From NCBI RefSeq assembly GCF_009914755.1, contig NC_060932.1: a stretch of DNA of 64,000 nt. One strand, written 5' to 3'. Both the position numbers and the translations under genes were made by a program. This stretch comes from the human T2T-CHM13v2.0 reference genome, Homo sapiens. Under the pieces are notes generated by a model, which did not search any database, was not told the origin of the DNA, and saw only the letters and a program-made list of their open reading frames with translations. Below, in pieces: positions 62,480-64,000 of this stretch. The stretch's first letter is position 1. Every line of letters begins with the position of its first letter.

Positions 62480-63905
62480 ATGAAGCTATTGGAGAACTCG
62501 AGCTTTGAAGCCATCAACTCACAGCTGACTGTGGAGACCGGAGATGCCCACATCATTGGCAGGTGAGGCAGGCTGGGGGGGCTGGCATCTCGGAGGTCAC
62601 ACTGCCGCGCCCTTCAGTGGAACCTGGGGGAAGCATGCTTCATGGTTCTCTCTGCATCCTATAGGATTGAGAGCTACTCATGTAAGATGGCAGGAGACGA
62701 CAAACACATGTTCAAGCAGTTCTGCCAGGAGGGCCAGCCCCACGTGCTGGAGGCACTTTCTCCACCCCAGACTTCAGGACTGAGCCCCAGCAGGTGAGCC
62801 ATGGTGGGGCCTACCTGGGGCTGGGGGTTGAGGGGAGGTGATGGGCCCAGCTGATGGTTCTGTCTGTGCAGACTCAGCAAAAGCCAAGGCGGTGAGGAGG
62901 AGGGCCCCCTCAGTGACAAGTGCAGCCGCAAGACCCTCTTCTACCTGATTGCCACGCTCAATGAGTCCTTCAGGCCTGACTATGACTTCAGCACAGCCCG
63001 CAGCCATGAGTTCAGCCGGGAGCCCAGCCTTAGCTGGGTGAGGGTCAGGTGGAGGGAAGGGACCCACAGCCACCCCACTGTCCTTCCCCACTTTGGGTAG
63101 CCCTGGGCTCCTGTCACCCTGACTGTGACCTGCCCTAGGTGGTGAATGCAGTCAACTGCAGTCTGTTCTCAGCTGTGCGGGAGGACTTCAAGGATCTGAA
63201 ACCACAGCTGTGGAACGCGGTGGACGAGGAGATCTGCCTGGCTGAATGTGACATCTACAGGTGGGCCGGCATCCCTGCAGATGGCCTCCAGGCCTCCAGG
63301 TTTGTGGGGCACTTGGCGCCTCACACCACCTGTCACCCTATACTCCCCAGCTATAACCCAGACTTGGACTCAGATCCCTTCGGGGAGGATGGTAGCCTCT
63401 GGTCCTTCAACTACTTCTTCTACAACAAGCGGCTCAAGCGAATCGTCTTCTTTAGCTGCCGTTCCATCAGGTGGGCACCCCCCGCCTCCTCCCCCACCTC
63501 CCTGTTGGGCCGATACAACTTCCCCAGCTGTGCCATCTCCACCCAGCTTTGCCCTCCCTGAACATCCTCCCTGGGGCCAGCAGCAGGCCTGGGTAGGGGT
63601 CCTGAAACTGGTTTCCCTGCCTCCCCTCAGTGGCTCCACCTACACACCCTCAGAGGCAGGCAACGAGCTGGACATGGAGCTGGGGGAGGAGGAGGTGGAG
63701 GAAGAAAGCAGAAGCAGGGGCAGTGGGGCCGAGGAGACCAGCACCATGGAGGAGGACAGGTGTGTGATGGGGGCCATGACCCGGGTCCCTGAAGCCTGGA
63801 GTGGGTACAACAGGGTGGGGGCCTCCTCTACTTGGTCTAAGTGGTGGCTCCTGAAGGCCCACTGTGTGCCAACCTCCGCCCAGGGTCCCAGTGATCTGTA
63901 TTTGA
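62480..63905 (+). CDS. MAF1: MAF1 repressor of RNA polymerase III, 256 aa; exons 62480-62562, 62665-62793, 62872-63037, 63139-63260, 63351-63470, 63631-63759, 63884-63905
   Basis: [47 protein letters not shown], acidic tail; exons sum to 771 nt. Confidence 0.98.
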
Positions 63906-64000
63906 TGAGGAGGAGCCGAGGCCCCAGCTTCATCCAGCTTCAACCAATGCCTGGACCTGTCCACCTGAGAGGCCCCTGGGGCCTCCCCAGCTGCTGGCCA

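Overview
Human (primate) genomic DNA that I recognise from its proteins as the GC-rich, Alu-dense 8q24.3 cluster. In order it holds the last exon of SPATC1 (+), the SMPD5 unitary pseudogene (+), OPLAH (-, with mirtron MIR6846), EXOSC4 (+, GC-AG intron, mirtron MIR6847), GPAA1 (+, U12 AT-AC intron), CYC1 (+), SHARPIN (-) and MAF1 (+, sharing a promoter with SHARPIN). I assembled the exons by hand; OPLAH (1288 aa), EXOSC4 (245), GPAA1 (621), CYC1 (325), SHARPIN (387) and MAF1 (256) all give intact ORFs. The most notable observation is an inverted paralogue of the speriolin (SPATC1) first exon at 20551-20785. It has a CRE-like element upstream and a phase-1 donor that would splice in frame, without stops, into OPLAH exon 2, predicting a speriolin-coiled-coil/5-oxoprolinase chimera. 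Other observations: SMPD5 keeps an open catalytic domain behind 5' lesions; the EXOSC4 promoter is a triplicated 76-bp ETS/ZNF143 module; SHARPIN intron 2 has a decayed copy of exon 2; and two inverted LTR10C-like elements with p53-type half-sites lie upstream of CYC1. Gene, miRNA and repeat names come from recalled sequences, not database searches.
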